DNA of 64,000 nucleotides from Podarcis cretensis (lineage: Eukaryota), in NCBI GenBank assembly GCA_951804945.1, contig OX638150.1:72850001-72914000 (forward strand), written 5' to 3'. Position 1 is the stretch's first letter; each line of letters opens with the position of its first letter. Below, in pieces: positions 25,000-38,200 of the stretch. A program made the translations under genes and the position numbers. Under the pieces are notes generated by a model that saw nothing but the letters and a program-made list of their open reading frames with translations, made no database searches and was not told the DNA's origin.

Positions 25000-26000
25000 A
25001 GGAAGGGGCCGGAAGAAATAAGTTCAAGCGAGAGAGAAAAATATATTTTCCATTCACTAGCTCGGCTTCCTCAAAAGGGCATTTCATCAACTAGGAGGCT
25101 TGCCAAACCAAGCAGGGAAAGCGATCTGCAGTCTTGCAGAAAAACTTACCCCTGCACAGATGCGCTAGGGGACCCGAGAGAGGAACAGCTAAGCAGAAAG
25201 AAAGTACTTTAGGAAAAACCACACTGAACACACACACACACCTCCTTCTCCTCCTCTCCGATTCCCTGCTCAACTTCAGACACTCCTTGCCAGCCAACTC
25301 TAAACCAGCCCTGAGGGCTCCTCGAGCCGCATCTCCATTGTCCTACAGTCCTGGGGCTGGGGGCGGGGAAGCTCTCTGGGTCCCCCACTGTGCGAACTCA
25401 CCTGGGTACTTAACTTATCACCCCCCTTGCCAGCTTAAGCAATATATCCTCCTGGGCGCAGAGCAGCCTCTACTTAAAGGGCACATGAGCCCAGTACCAC
25501 CCACCCGCTTCTCCGGCAAGTCCGCTTCTCCCTTAAAAGATCAGAGCGAGGGACAGCCCATTGCCGATTACAGGAAAGGGGGAGAAGGGGCACACCATGG
25601 AACAAGCCTTCTGCGGACTTTTGCGCGAGCAGCAAGAACCGAGAAAGACGTTTGAGAGCTGATATCCTTGCACACTTTGATTCTGCAACGCTCGGGTGCA
25701 AATGGCGTTGTTTCCGCCGCCCCCTCAGTACTGTCGGTGTGAGTGCTCCCCCGCCTAGCGGAGCCACTTGGTACAATCCAGCTGCTTTCCGTATGCCAAG
25801 TGTGGCTTTGCCTCTTAAAGGGAAGCGAACATCATCAGTCGGGTGGAATGTAATATGGTAGTAGGCAAGATGCCAGCAAGTTCGCAGACCCCGGTGAGCA
25901 AAGGCGGTTGCAGTCACCCCCCCCACCCCGGCCACCCCCAGCCTCTACAGGAAAAGGCGATGGGTTTATGGAGGAGTGGGGCTTGAGTTGCCAACCACTC
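25000..26000 (-). promoter_or_regulatory. CpG-rich HYAL2 promoter region with two candidate non-coding first exons
   Basis: CpG enrichment and GC boxes. Minus-strand donors GGG|GTAAGT (25149-25144) and CAG|GTGAGT (25401-25396) lie upstream of the HYAL2 acceptor at 23338. Confidence 0.65.
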
Positions 26001-26036
26001 AGAGCTCTTCTTCGCAAGGGGTTGCTCACTCGGGAT

Positions 26037-26199
26037 CAGGAAGGCCAACTTGGCTCCGCGACTGAGGGTACCCAGGGGCATGGGTGCCATGCAGTGTGCA
26101 TGGCCCTGGCACTGAAATTTGTGGGTGCCCAGCCCCTTCATGGGGAATTTTGTGGGTACTCAGGCACCCACCCAGGCCCCTTGGGAGTTGGCAGCTATG
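26037..26199 (-). mobile_element. hAT-type MITE, family C (reverse orientation)
   Basis: Reverse complement of 19982-20140; 8-bp TSD CTCGGGAT/CTCGGGAC. Explains the shared peptide GHGCHAVCMALALKFVGA in two spurious ORFs. Confidence 0.75.
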
Positions 26200-26861
26200 C
26201 TCGGGACTTCATTCAAAGTAGAAATTGCCAGGGCTCAGCCCTGGAACTAATTTCCAGCACAGTACCAGAAATCTGGTAGGAGTGCCCCTTGGCATGTGCA
26301 GAGTGCCCTTCCTTCAAAACTCAATGCACTGACAGCAACCCCACACCGTGCATATCATTAGAGAATAAAGCTCCTCGATCAAAGGTTGCAACAATTTATA
26401 TCAAGCTCAGCCAGCATAGTGCCCTTGATATGTTGTTGGACTACAACTCCCATCAGATTCGGCAAGTTCGTGCGGCCAATGATCAGGCATGGCAGAAGTT
26501 GTAGTCCAACGTTGGGAGAGCCCCATGTTGGCTGCCCCGGTTCTTATCATTTATGTACACTTACATGAAAGGTTTAGAGTGCAGCAAACTTTACATACAT
26601 CGTGTGTATAGCAGCCTGGCAAGGTACCTCTGTTATACAGTATTATCCTCATTTTTGCATATCACAGAGTGAAGAGACTGAGAGATGGTCACATAGTGAG
26701 TTCTTGGAGAGGAGAGATTTGAGTTGGGGACTTTTCTGATTCTGAGCTTGGTTGCAGGAATTGTGCCACACTAATTCTAGGCAGGACTGAACCCCATCAC
26801 CCCTCTTTTTAGCAATTAAGTACTGGGAATGTTGTAGGCAACCAGTTCTATCTTCATTTTA

Positions 26862-27102
26862 CAGTGGAACCTCGGGTTAAGTACTTAATTCGTTCTGGAG
26901 GTCTGTACTTAACCTGAAACTGTTCTTAACCTGAGCACCACTTTAGCTAATGGGGCCTCCTGCTGCTGCTGCACCGCCAGAGCACGATTTCTGTTCTTAT
27001 CCTGAAGCAAAGTTCTTAACCCGAGGTACTATTTCTGGGTTAGCAGAGTCTGTAACCTGAAGCGTATGTAACCTGAAGCATTTGTAACCTGAGGTACCAC
27101 TG
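26862..27102 (-). mobile_element. MITE family A copy 5 (reverse orientation)
   Basis: Same TIRs and TA flanks; interior is the reverse complement. Confidence 0.85.
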
Positions 27103-28989
27103 TATCTATGTGCCCACCAATACCTTCTGAAGCTGCCCCCTTTATTCCATCCCATCAGAGTCCCCGTTCATTTCTGCCTTACTTTCTCTGCTGAATAAAG
27201 TGTTTTTCTTTCTTTCTATGTAGTTTCAGAACAATGGCAAGGGACAGTATTTTATATGATCAAAATTGTTTGTTTTAAACCATCTTTCCTGTTTGCATGG
27301 CTTGGCATAGACAATTAAGCTCGGCCCTTCCCCAAAACTGCCGCTATAATGAAATGGAGGTGGGGTAGGACTGGAGTTCATGAAAAAACTTCCTGAGAAG
27401 GAGAAACTGTAGAGGAGGGTAATGGAGACTCCTGGCTGGCTATTACTGAGCTTCATTAATGCAAGATTCTGGGGTTCATAGTTAATGAAGTTCTATTTCT
27501 GGCCTCCCAAGGAGCCTTGAGCGGGAACTGTTCTATAAGAGCTTTTGCCCCAAACAAGAATTTCTGAAGGCCAAACAACTTGTGGGCACCCCCCTTCCCA
27601 CACCATCCCTCTCAGTGGCAATTGGTATAAGGATTGACTTGGGAGCACTGGCTCTATTATCAAGACCACAAAGCGGTTGTTATGTCCAGAGCTTGGAATC
27701 CCTCAGAGCAGTCATTTGATTATAGACTGCAGATAAGCATCTGCCGCAGGAGCAATCTGCCTTTCACTGAACAGCCATTGTCTTGTGAAGGAGAGTCTTC
27801 TTCCCAGGAATGTGCCTGTCGGCCTCGCTGGGTGGCTCCCAGTATCCTGGCAACAGGGGGCATCATGCCAATGCAGGATGCTGCCATTGCAAACAATTAG
27901 CACATCCCTACTGGCCAGTGCTTTGGAGCTTTTCCAAAGTGCCACTAGAAATTGGGAGAAAATGCAGCTCTTGAGAGCCAAGATGCCACATAGTTGGGTT
28001 TTGTTCAACAATGAAGTTTGGCTCCTTTCCCCCCATGCTGTCACCAGAACACACACTTCACCAGAAAGCATACCCAGGAGTCAATGGAGAGTGTCTCATT
28101 TTGGAAGCCCAGGAAAAATGCTGCAAGTGACACCAGCCTGATCAGGCCCAAGAGCATTCTGTGCTCCCAGTGTGTTGACTGGTTTTTTACCGGCACAAAT
28201 ATTAACATCTGGGAGTGTGGACCAGAGAAGGGCTGAGCAGCCTGGTGGCTGGCACCATCCTGTGCCTTATCTACTCTTCTCTTCCTGGCCAGTAAGAGTG
28301 TTCATTATCTGACTGCTTCAAGTTGATAGTATGACTAGGTGTGTATGGGTTTTGTTTTTGTTTTTCTTTTAATCTGCTTGCAAGATGAGTATTTTTGTGG
28401 AACCTACTGTGTTGATTGAGTGATTACAGCTGGGAGCGTGATGGTGGACCCAGAACTTATCTCAGGTTTGACTCATAAGTACTGACGAGGCTGTGTGTGG
28501 TGGGGTTAATCCTGAAGTAACAACATAAAGTGGGATTGCTACCTTGGAAAGTGATAAAGGACACTGTCAGTTAGGAACAGGAATTATTGGCCAGTGGCCA
28601 GGTCCTGTGGAAGAAACAGGCCTGTGGCCTCAGTGAATGTAAGCCTGGTTCTGTTGGGGTTCCCCTGAGTGGGTATGGAAAACAGATTCTGGCTCGCAGT
28701 GTGGGTCATGTTTGTTACTACTGGTCCTTCATTTGCTATCTTTGACCCTAATCCCTGTCCTGCACACACTTTAATTGGGTGATGGTGTGAAGATATGTCT
28801 TGGTTGGGTATGTGGCAGGGAGCTACTATGATACTACCTCAGTTTTGGTGGTTGTGAGCAGGGTGAGCTACAGTTTAAGTGGAGAGGCTGATGATCATCT
28901 GGGGAAATGGCTGGTCTCTATGCCCTTTTTCTGACACCTCCACTGCTTTTGGTTGCTTATCTGCCGAGTGTTCTGGTCTTGTGCTGCTG

Positions 28990-29330
28990 CTTCTTGCTTC
29001 CTAACAGGCTTCCCGAGCAAACTGGCAGAGGAGGCCTCTACCATGGCCAATAGTTCTGGGTGACTTTAACATCTACACAAAGCTTGCTCTTGGGCCAGTT
29101 TGTGACTTTGTGACCTCTATGGCAACCATGGGCTTCTCTTGAATGGTTGTTGGTCTGAAAGATCAAGCAGGACACATCCTGATTCCCGATGTAGTCTTTG
29201 CTCAGTGGTGTGAGGAATGGACTGTAAGGGTATGTGCGAAATGCATTCCTCTTTGTCATGTGATGGGCCACCATCTAGTGAAGTTGGATTGGTGGGGACA
29301 ATTCATCCCTGCAGCGATGGTGGGTCTGCT
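28990..29330 (+). mobile_element. Degenerate L2-clade LINE, endonuclease region
   Basis: Translates with stops to IVLGDFNIY...DFVTSMATMGFS*...AGHIL...HHLVK, i.e. the APE endonuclease motifs GDFN, GHTLD-like and SDH-like. Confidence 0.7.
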
Positions 29331-29809
29331 GAAATGGTCTGTCCTCAAAGACTGAGGAGAGTCACTTTACTATGGAGAGACTTTGACTCCACAGTAGTTT
29401 CAGTTTCAGTGGAAGTGTCCAATGACACAACCTTCGATGCATTGTAGAATCACTTTCAGACGATGTGGACACATGGCTTGCAGCTTTCCTTTATATCTGA
29501 CTATGTGCCTTCTTGCCCTCTGTTCCTCTTGGCTTATTAAATCTAGCAGAATAAATTTAACTGGTTGGGTTTAGAGTGTGGTAAGTTCTTCTTGGGGATT
29601 TTTCTTTTTTGATTATGCGTTTTGTTGGATAATATTGTCTCCCGAGACAGAGGGATGCCAACCAATTGCTTGGGACGTCCTAGAGTCAAAATTTATGTAT
29701 GTATGTGTGGGGTGTGTGTGTGTGCTTTTAAAAATAATTATTCCAGCTCAGTTTCCATCTGAAATAAAAAAAGTTCCCTAAATCAACAGAAATCTCTACG
29801 AGAAACATT

Positions 29810-30285
29810 TAGGGCTTTTGAGTTTAGAGAAAAGGGAAGTAATAGCAGCGCATAAGGCCGGGCATGCTGTGGACAAACTGGATTGCAAAAAGCTTTTCTC
29901 CTCTTTCGTAACACTGGAACTCATGAGCATTCTGTGAAGCTGGGAGTGGAAGATTCAGGACAGAAAAATGTACTTCTTCACAGAGCACCTAATCATACTA
30001 TGGAATTCACTCCCACAGGAGGCAGAGATGACCACCAATTTAGATTATTTTAAAAGAGGATTAGACAAATTTATGGAGGGTAAGGCTATCAATGGCTGCT
30101 GGGCACAATAGTTATGTTCTACCATCACTGTTGGGGAACAGTAAACCTCTGAATGACAATTGCTGGGAATCACAAATAGGGAGCGCTTGGGTCCTACTTT
30201 GGGGATTCCCATAGGCATTTGGTTGGCCAGGATGCTGAACTAGATGGGCCGCCACCGACCTGAACCAACAGGCTCTTCTTATGTT
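29810..30285 (+). mobile_element. CR1 LINE 3' end remnant
   Basis: agattcaggacaga...tacttcttcacagagc...tggaattcactcccacagga...tttaaaagaggattagacaaatttatggag, a characteristic CR1 ORF2 end and 3' UTR. A shorter reverse copy lies at ~43190-43316. Confidence 0.75.
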
Positions 30286-30453
30286 CAGGCACTGGATGCT
30301 GCTGAAGAGAGGAAGTATGTGAGATTTGCAGCAAGCAATCCTATGTATAGCAGTGATTGTGAGGGGGACTTCTCTGTGCTAATTAACCTCTGAGATTCTT
30401 TGTGGCATTTGACTTGTTCACAATTGCCACCTTCCACGGGAGGAACAGGACTG

Positions 30454-30590
30454 NNNNNNNNNNNNNNNNNNNNNNNNNNNNNNNNNNNNNNNNNNNNNNN
30501 NNNNNNNNNNNNNNNNNNNNNNNNNNNNNNNNNNNNNNNNNNNNNNNNNNNNNNNNNNNNNNNNNNNNNNNNNNNNNNNNNNNNNNNNNN
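30454..30590. other. Assembly gap (137 N)
   Basis: Run of N. Confidence 1.
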
Positions 30591-31688
30591 GCCTGTCAGA
30601 AAAGCAGCCTTTTTGTTGCTAGATTTCACACCACTGCAGGAAAATCCAGCTTTTTATTTGGAGCAGCCAGATAACGCCAGGGAACGTCCGTTTCCTTCCT
30701 GCACAGGAAGTTGCTCCACCCAGGCATCATGCTAGAGGAAACCCCTGAGGGGGTTTGCCTCTGACAGGCTCAATTTTGTACGTCAAAGCTATACTTTCAC
30801 CACACACGAAAAAACAAACTGCATCACCAGGTGTGGCCAAGAAAACAGTGTGATGTCCAGAATGATGACAATGCTAATAAGGTTTCCAGATTCCTAGATC
30901 CCAACAGGATACAGAGACATTTCTGCAAAGAGGCACAGCATATCCAAATAACTGGAAATTTCTACCACCTGTCCCTCTGGCAGTGCTTCTGCACCTGTAA
31001 CAGTGCGCTGGTACTTAGCGATAATGCCTTCAATTTTGAGGTTCCCCAATGTGGTGCTCATGGCATCCATGGTCCCTGAGCAGCATTCCTTTGATGCCCA
31101 CAAAACCTCTGAGACTCCCCATCCACAGTCCTGTTGGTCAAGAGGCAGTGAGCGTGGTTAACTTTTTTTTTTCCTTTGAAAAGTAGATATATCTGAAGGA
31201 GGAGGTTTGGACAAGTGACTTTCTTTCCCACTGCTGCATTAAACCTTATGCTTTTTGAAATTCTAATGAATTATTTTGACTTTTTCACAGATTCCTTGGA
31301 AAAGCAGAGCGGGCATGTGCACAACTTCATTCTCCCTGTGTGTGTTGTGACTGATCCAGGGGAGAGAAGTGATCAGAAGGGTGGCATCCACAGCACACAC
31401 TCAAAAATCCTAATGTGCCCATGGGCTTTAAAAAAAAGTTGGCAACTACTGCCTTAAAATTCAGTAGTAGAAAGTCTGTTTTTTAAAAAGCATACTGGGG
31501 AGTGTGTGTGTTGCAGGTACACACTCATGGTTGTAAGTGGGATGGTAAACCAAACACAAAGAGGAAGAACTGCTGAACGGTAAAAATAAAGGAAAACTCA
31601 GACCTGGAACCTCACATAAACTAGTGTTTGAATTCTTCTGTGTTTCCTTTCCTTCTGACTTCTCTGTTTATAATCATCCCCGCCACCC

Positions 31689-31690
<2 letters not shown>

Positions 31691-31764
<74 letters not shown>
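31691..31764. repeat. Compound microsatellite (GT)n(CTGT)n
   Basis: Visible directly. Confidence 0.95.
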
Positions 31765-32701
31765 GATGGTTAATTCTGGTCCACAAAAGCTTATGCCATA
31801 ATAAATATGCTGGACCCACAAGACCCATTGCTGTTTTTGCTGTTAACAGGGTAATATGGTGACCCCTCTAGAAATCTTTATAAGAATCCCTAAGCTGAGA
31901 GATCTTGCAAAGTGTGCTTGCTGGTTGAGAGACCTCAGTTGGACACCACAGGCTTCCTAACCAGTGTTGCTGTCCCACCCACCCCCCAGCCACCTGTTCA
32001 GTCCGACCCCCAGTTCCTCTGCCTTGTTCCATAGCGGATCCGGGATGGGGGAGGGGAAACCAAAGGGCAGCCCATCTGCAATCTGATCACAGCTCCCCCC
32101 CTCCCCCCCTCTAGGAGTGGGGGCCCTGGCTAGATGGCTCCTCAAAGGACTGAGTCCTTTCCACTTCTTCAGAGGATAAAATTCCCAGTGGGAGGGAGAG
32201 GCTGGATGAATGCACTTGGGCAAGGCTGCAAATCTCTCCAGATAAAGGAGTTGCCACAGTCTGCCCTCACAATGGGGCTCTGAAAGGGGGTGGCTAGACT
32301 GGGAAGGAGCACAGAAGTTCGTCCCCACACAAAAGAGCTGGACGGCTCAAAGCCCTGGCTGATAAGCACTGAGGGAAGAGGTGGAAGAGGAGATTTTTGT
32401 TATCCGACTGGACCTCTGCAGATCTGGGATTTAGAAATGCCACATCAACTTGGAAAGGCTGTTTTCACATGTAACACTTACCAATCTTTCTTTTCTTTTT
32501 GCATTTCCCATGCATAAAATTTGAATGTAAAAACTGGCTGTCTTCTGTTTTCATTAACATGCAAGGCAACACATTACTATCTCTGAATGTGCCTTCAGTT
32601 TAAGTGATATTTGGATACTCTCTCTTACACACACTACCCAAGGAAGCTGTTCTTCTCCACCTCTTAAGGTCTCTGGGGAAGAAAATCTAGTGTTCTGTTT
32701 A

Positions 32702-32932
32702 CAGTGGTACCTCAGGTTAAGTACTTAATTCGTTCCGTAGGTCCGTACTTAACCTGAAACTGTTCTTAACCTGAAGCACCACTTTAGCTAATGGGGCCTC
32801 CCGCTGCTGCCGCATGATTTCTGTTCTCATCCTGAAGCAAAGTTCTTAACCTGAAGCACTATTTCTGGATTAGCGGAGTCTGTAACCTGAAGTGTATGTA
32901 ACCTGAAGCGTATGTAACCTGAGATACCACTG
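32702..32932 (-). mobile_element. MITE family A copy 6 (reverse orientation)
   Basis: Same TIRs and TA flanks; interior is the reverse complement. Confidence 0.85.
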
Positions 32933-33274
32933 TAATTAGTTTTATTTAAACATATACCTAGAAAAAGAGCTGACCATGTATTACTCTTCAGTGACACCCA
33001 AAGCTAGTTATATCATTTAATAGGACATTTGCATTTACTACGCATGTTTGTTTTTAAATGCAAGTAGCATCAGTTGGGGAGAACTGATAATTATCAGAAT
33101 CACAGTGGCAAGGGAGGGGAGGAGCTTAACCCTTTCTTCCCCTATTGTGGTCCTGAAGTGAACCACTCTGGTTTCTCTGAGGCTGCAAGCCTATCTGCGC
33201 ATGCCAGGGGAATAAATCCTATTGAACTTTTTGATGCATAGGATTGCATTGTGAAAGTGTTATTTGTATGGCGA

Positions 33275-33482
33275 GACAGTGTGCTGTCATAGAGTGTTGA
33301 ACTATTACATGGGCGACCAGAGTTCAAATCCCCACTAAGCCGTGAGGCTTACCAAGTGATCATGGGTCAGTCACTATCTAACCCACCTCACAAGGTTGTT
33401 GTATGGATAAAATGGGGAGTAGAGAACCATGTACACCACCTTGAGGAAAAGGTGGTATATAAATGTAATAAAATAAATAATA
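33275..33482 (+). mobile_element. Old tRNA-derived MIR/Squam3-like SINE
   Basis: GAGTTCAAATCCC B-box, core acctcacaaggttgttg, TAAA tail. A similar copy lies at ~54037-54260. Confidence 0.6.
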
Positions 33483-34261
33483 CATTTGTATGGAGAGGAC
33501 CCCCCTCCCCATTAGCATCAGATGGAAAGTTCTTCCCAATGCAAATAGCACTTTCGGAGGAAGGTTTCCCCCCAGAACCACATCAGAGAGTGAAAGTATT
33601 TAAGTTCTCCCTCTATATCTGCTGCAGCCCTGACAATTATCTTCCCACAAGCTGATATTTGCATTAAAAAAACCCCCACAACCTGCATCTTAAAGGCAAA
33701 TAAAATTTTAACTTGATACCTAGTTTTTTCCTCCCTTTGTCTCATAGTAGGGCTGGCCATGCCTTTAGGAGAGAGCCTTTCTGTAGAAATAAAAGGTCTC
33801 ATTGAGGGTATGCACCATTCCTGGGTGTAGGCAGAGGCTTACATGGCTGGATTTCTCAACATACACCTCACATGTAGAAGACTGGGCAAGACCACACCAC
33901 CCTGATATCTCATTATCTATATCTAGGTTTGTTGTAGTTTTTTAATTGTTTGGACAGAGCCGTAGCTATTGGGGGTGTGGGGGTGTGAAATGTAGCCAGG
34001 TTTTTTGCCCCGGGTGAAGCCTCTAGAGGGGTGCTATTGATGCTTCTAGCCTGTGTGCATGTGTATGCAAATGTGCATGTGAGGGGGGCCAAACTGGTTT
34101 TTTGACCCGGGTGAAATAAATCCTGGTTTGGAGGAGCAATTAATCATCTGAGCAAGCACATACAGATGGAAGAGTTTCATCCCACATGTTTACTACCTCA
34201 GGGAGAACTAAACCCAAGTATGCCCTAGGCCCAGCTTTTGCCTCAGACACCTAAAACTTCT

Positions 34262-34312
34262 TTTTTTAAAGTCTCTGTTTTTTTAAAGTCTCTGTTTTTT
34301 TAAAGTCTCTGT
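34262..34312. repeat. Short tandem repeat, 3 copies of TTTTTTAAAGTCTCTG
   Basis: Visible directly. Confidence 0.9.
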
Positions 34313-34724
34313 TGTGATATCTTCTTGAAATATGTGGAAGGAGGATACATACTCAGGCTGCAAAATGCTGACAATGCTTCTGTTCATTCTTCCCTTTCTT
34401 AACAAATAATGATAATCTGGGCAGAGAAACATTCCTACTCAGGAAAATTAGGAACATTCCTGCTCAGGAAAATTAGGAAGCTTACACAGCCTCCAAAGCA
34501 TTAAAACAAAACGGAATCTCAACAAAAGGGTCACGGAATAGCAAGACACTGCTGTGTTTGTGTGTGCGTGGCGTAGAATAGTCTTACTGGCCACATGAGC
34601 TCTCTGTTCCCACAGAGCAATTGTTAAACAGGGGCACAGGTGATCACCAAGGAATTGAAAATAAAAAATGGGATGCCCCAAATGTTGTGTTCATTGAAGC
34701 ATGGTGGGGCCTAGAATTTGTCTC

Positions 34725-35044
34725 TGTCATGATTGCCATGGGGGTGTCATGAAGGCATCTGCAGAGGAATGGGAGTTGGAGTTGGAGGATCCTGACCAGG
34801 GTCCTAGCAAGATGTGGGTGGTGGAATCAGGACCTGCCTGAGCCCAGGGAGGGGGTCTAACTGAAATCTGGATCCAGGGAAGAGGCTGTGAGCTCATCCA
34901 CACTTCTGCTTGGCCTGTATTTTGCCCTGTGAAAATCCTGCTGAGCCTTCTAACCTGTACCAATATACCTATCTGAGTTGAGCATGATAGTCTTTGGCAG
35001 AACTGGGAGTTTGAGTTCTTCATCTGGCAATGAGGGCCAGGACA
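34725..35044. mobile_element. Solo LTR
   Basis: Begins TGTCA, ends GGACA, flanked by an exact 5-bp direct repeat GTCTC (34720-34724, 35045-35049). Confidence 0.55.
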
Positions 35045-35170
35045 GTCTCATATACATCAAACATTTAAAGCACATTTCCCCTCTCAACTGTAGTTTGTTA
35101 AAGGTGCTGGGAATTGTAACTCTGTGGAGGGTAAACTACAGTTCCCATGATTCTTTTATTGCGGCAGCAG

Positions 35171-35172
<2 letters not shown>

Positions 35173-35232
<60 letters not shown>
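35173..35232. repeat. Compound microsatellite (GT)n(GA)n
   Basis: Visible directly. Confidence 0.95.
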
Positions 35233-35235
<3 letters not shown>

Positions 35236-38200
35236 ATTTAAATGTGCGGTGTACATGTAGCCACAGCCCACAGGGAAACCTGAATGGAGATAATAAATAC
35301 ATTATCTGAGGGAAATACTACATTTCCTCTTGAGAAAACATTGTGGCCTGTATGATAAAGCAGTATCTCTGAAACAGAAAAAACAGCCTTTGGAGGGTGT
35401 ATGAACTATGTGAAACAAAAGAGAAATGTGCAGTGATTGCACAGGGAAGTGGAAGGACCCTTAAGAGCATCCTTTCGGCCCAATCTTTTGAGATCACTGA
35501 TTCCAGGAGGTCGGCCCAAGACATTTTTTGCTGCCTGAGGTGAAGGACAAGTTTTCCATCTCCCCCATTCCAGAAGCTGATCACATGGCCAGTTGAATCT
35601 TCCTTCAGCACTCGCAACTGGGCAACATTATTCACAGCATCCAATGACAGCAGGATAGCTCTGGGGTATGCGCGTGCAGAGCAGGTTCTGTCCTCCAACA
35701 CCTCACCACCTCTCCCTGACCACGGACATCTGCTCCCTAAGGTGGCTGTGTCACCCTCACTTTCCTCTTGCCACTTGATCCTTCAAAAAACTCCCAACAA
35801 CCTCAGTTTTCCTCCCATCTATAGTCTGAGTAACTTGCATTAGGTACACCAGGATTAATCACCAGAACTTGTTTTCAGTACTACATCTGAATCCTGGAAC
35901 ATGTAAAATAAGAAAGAGCTTTTGAGTTTCTGCAGGGCTCACTCTCCTAATCCTTGAGTAACTACAGCTGTGCCCCTTCTGGCATTTGGGAGAAGCTGTG
36001 TGTGTCTCCTGATCATGGGTCAGGGAGAAGGCTTGGCTTACCTTCTCATTGAAATCTATTTTTTCTACGACTCCAGGCAGGCCTCAGCCCCAGGATCTCT
36101 CATTTCTGAGATCAACTGCTGCAGGCAACACATGTCATGCTGTCAGTGTTTCCTCTCATCTCAATGTAAATGGTCAGTTCCCTACTGTGCCCTCACCCAA
36201 CTGTAGGAAGACAGGAAGCTGCCTTATACTGAATCAGGCTATTGGTCCATCAAGGTCAATATTGTCTACATTGACTGGCAGCAGCTCTCCAGGGTTTCAT
36301 GTAGCGGGGTCTCTCCCTGCCATATCTGAAGATGCCAGGAATGAAGTCTGGGATGTTTCGTATGCCAAGCAGATGACCTAAGGCTCAGTTCCCCAAGGGA
36401 AGGAGGCTTGTAGGGACATTGTAACTTCCCCCGACCCCTCAGATGTGTGGTCTTTGCTGCCTGTGACTGGTGGCAGCCCCTGTGGCTGAGTTACACAATA
36501 AAACTGCCCTTCGCCTCTCTCTGCTTCGAACAAACAAGCCTCAGCATGTTGAGGAGATAACACACAGTTCCATCTGACTTCTTGACAGCACAGGAAACCC
36601 ACATGCGCCCGAGCCGAAGGAAAATCCCAAAGAAACGCAGGAAGCCAGGCTCATAACAAGCAGGAAATACGAGAACACTTGCTGACATTCCAGAACAGGG
36701 AGTGAAACAGTGCCTGTTAATCCCCGAAGCCAGCACTCTGGGCCCCCTGAGCTGTTCCTTAATGTCCATTCACACAACAACCCCCCACATTGACTCTTGC
36801 TGGAAATGTAATTCTGTTTAGCACGTTTTGTACATTTCTCTGATCGCTTTCAGGCATTTCATGGTGGGTGTAAATGAGGCTGATAATAGTCTCTGGGCCG
36901 ACAGGTATCCCAGATAGGAGAAACTGTGTTTTTTAAGCGATAATCATCTCACCACCTGTGTGTCTGTTGTATTCTTTATATCACCTTCTACTATGGGTTA
37001 CACTGCTGGTCTCTAAATCACTATTCTTCAACCATGGGCCCCAGATGCAGCTGGACTGTAACTTCCATAATCCTTGACTATTGACTAAGATAGCAGGGGA
37101 TGATGGGGGCTGTGGTCCAACAGCATCTGTGAACCCACAGTTGAAGAACATAGCTCTGCACCTTATGTATGCACCAGACCCTTGGCATGTTGGAGACCCA
37201 GTTCTCATTGAGGTGGTAAATCTCTTATTGGACCTTACCACTTCAGACTAGAGGTAATAACTGCCATCATTTAATGCTATCTGATGCAACCCCCCCCCCC
37301 TTTTAAACCCCCCCCCCAACTAGCTGTCAGACTTAAGGGTTTAAAACTAGTGTTCTGACAGCCATGGAGAACTATGACTCTTCAGATGTTGTTGGACTCC
37401 AACTTCCAACCAACTTAGCCAAAAGTCAGGGATGATGTGTGTTGTTGTCCAACATCTGGAGGGCCATAGGTTCTCCATCCCTGGTTTAAATGGTAGGAGA
37501 GAAGGTTTACATTAGAGGCTAGAACAAATGGCCCAGATAAGGCATTGAAATATTTTCACTGGCCATTAGAATCTGGACAAGTATACAGTCATCTGGCAGA
37601 CATGTTTTAGGTCTGCTTTACATGCTAATGTGATGAGGAGTACAAGTATTCTTTACAAATAACTAAAGAAAATGTAGATCCTAGATGTGTGTCAAACATA
37701 TATGCAATGTAAGGGAACCAAAATTGGCTGTTGTAGGAATATTTCACAGCAAAATGTTTCTGTAATCATTCGTTGTATGTAATATGTGGGGTGTACCTTA
37801 TCTGTATGGAAGAGCTGGAGAATCCCAGGCCTGGGAAGCTATCTTTTTCATGTTCTTCAGATCAATTTTGTTTATAGGCTGTCACAATGAAGTGGGAGAA
37901 AGGCAGGAAAGTTGGAGTTTATAGGCCACCTGGACTAAAAGCTACCTGGATTAGCAATGTGGCCATTTCAGACCAGCTAAAGTCTCCTAGTTGTATTTAA
38001 CGGCTGACACACATTGAACACTTTGCAATAATCATACTGTACTAGTTATATTTTCTTCACTACAGTCTTCCCCAATTCTTTTCTGAATATTCAAGGTATT
38101 CTGTTGTCCTTGACAAAGTCCCAAAGCAATGTTTAAATGTCATTTGTTTTTAATTAGGCACATTATTTGTTGCTGTCCCCAGATACTCCCTATTGGTTCT

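Noticed and set aside
27600-28260. Several 70-120 aa ORFs
   Set aside because: No consistent splice sites or recognisable motif; possibly the decayed 5' part of the adjacent L2 element.
30591-30769. 10-bp inverted repeat GCCTGTCAGA/TCTGACAGGC next to the gap
   Set aside because: Probably a MITE, but the left end and TSD are lost in the N gap, so it cannot be called.
36588-36807. Further upstream exon for the candidate plus-strand gene
   Set aside because: Two in-frame TGA stops, and the implied intron would be only 46 nt.
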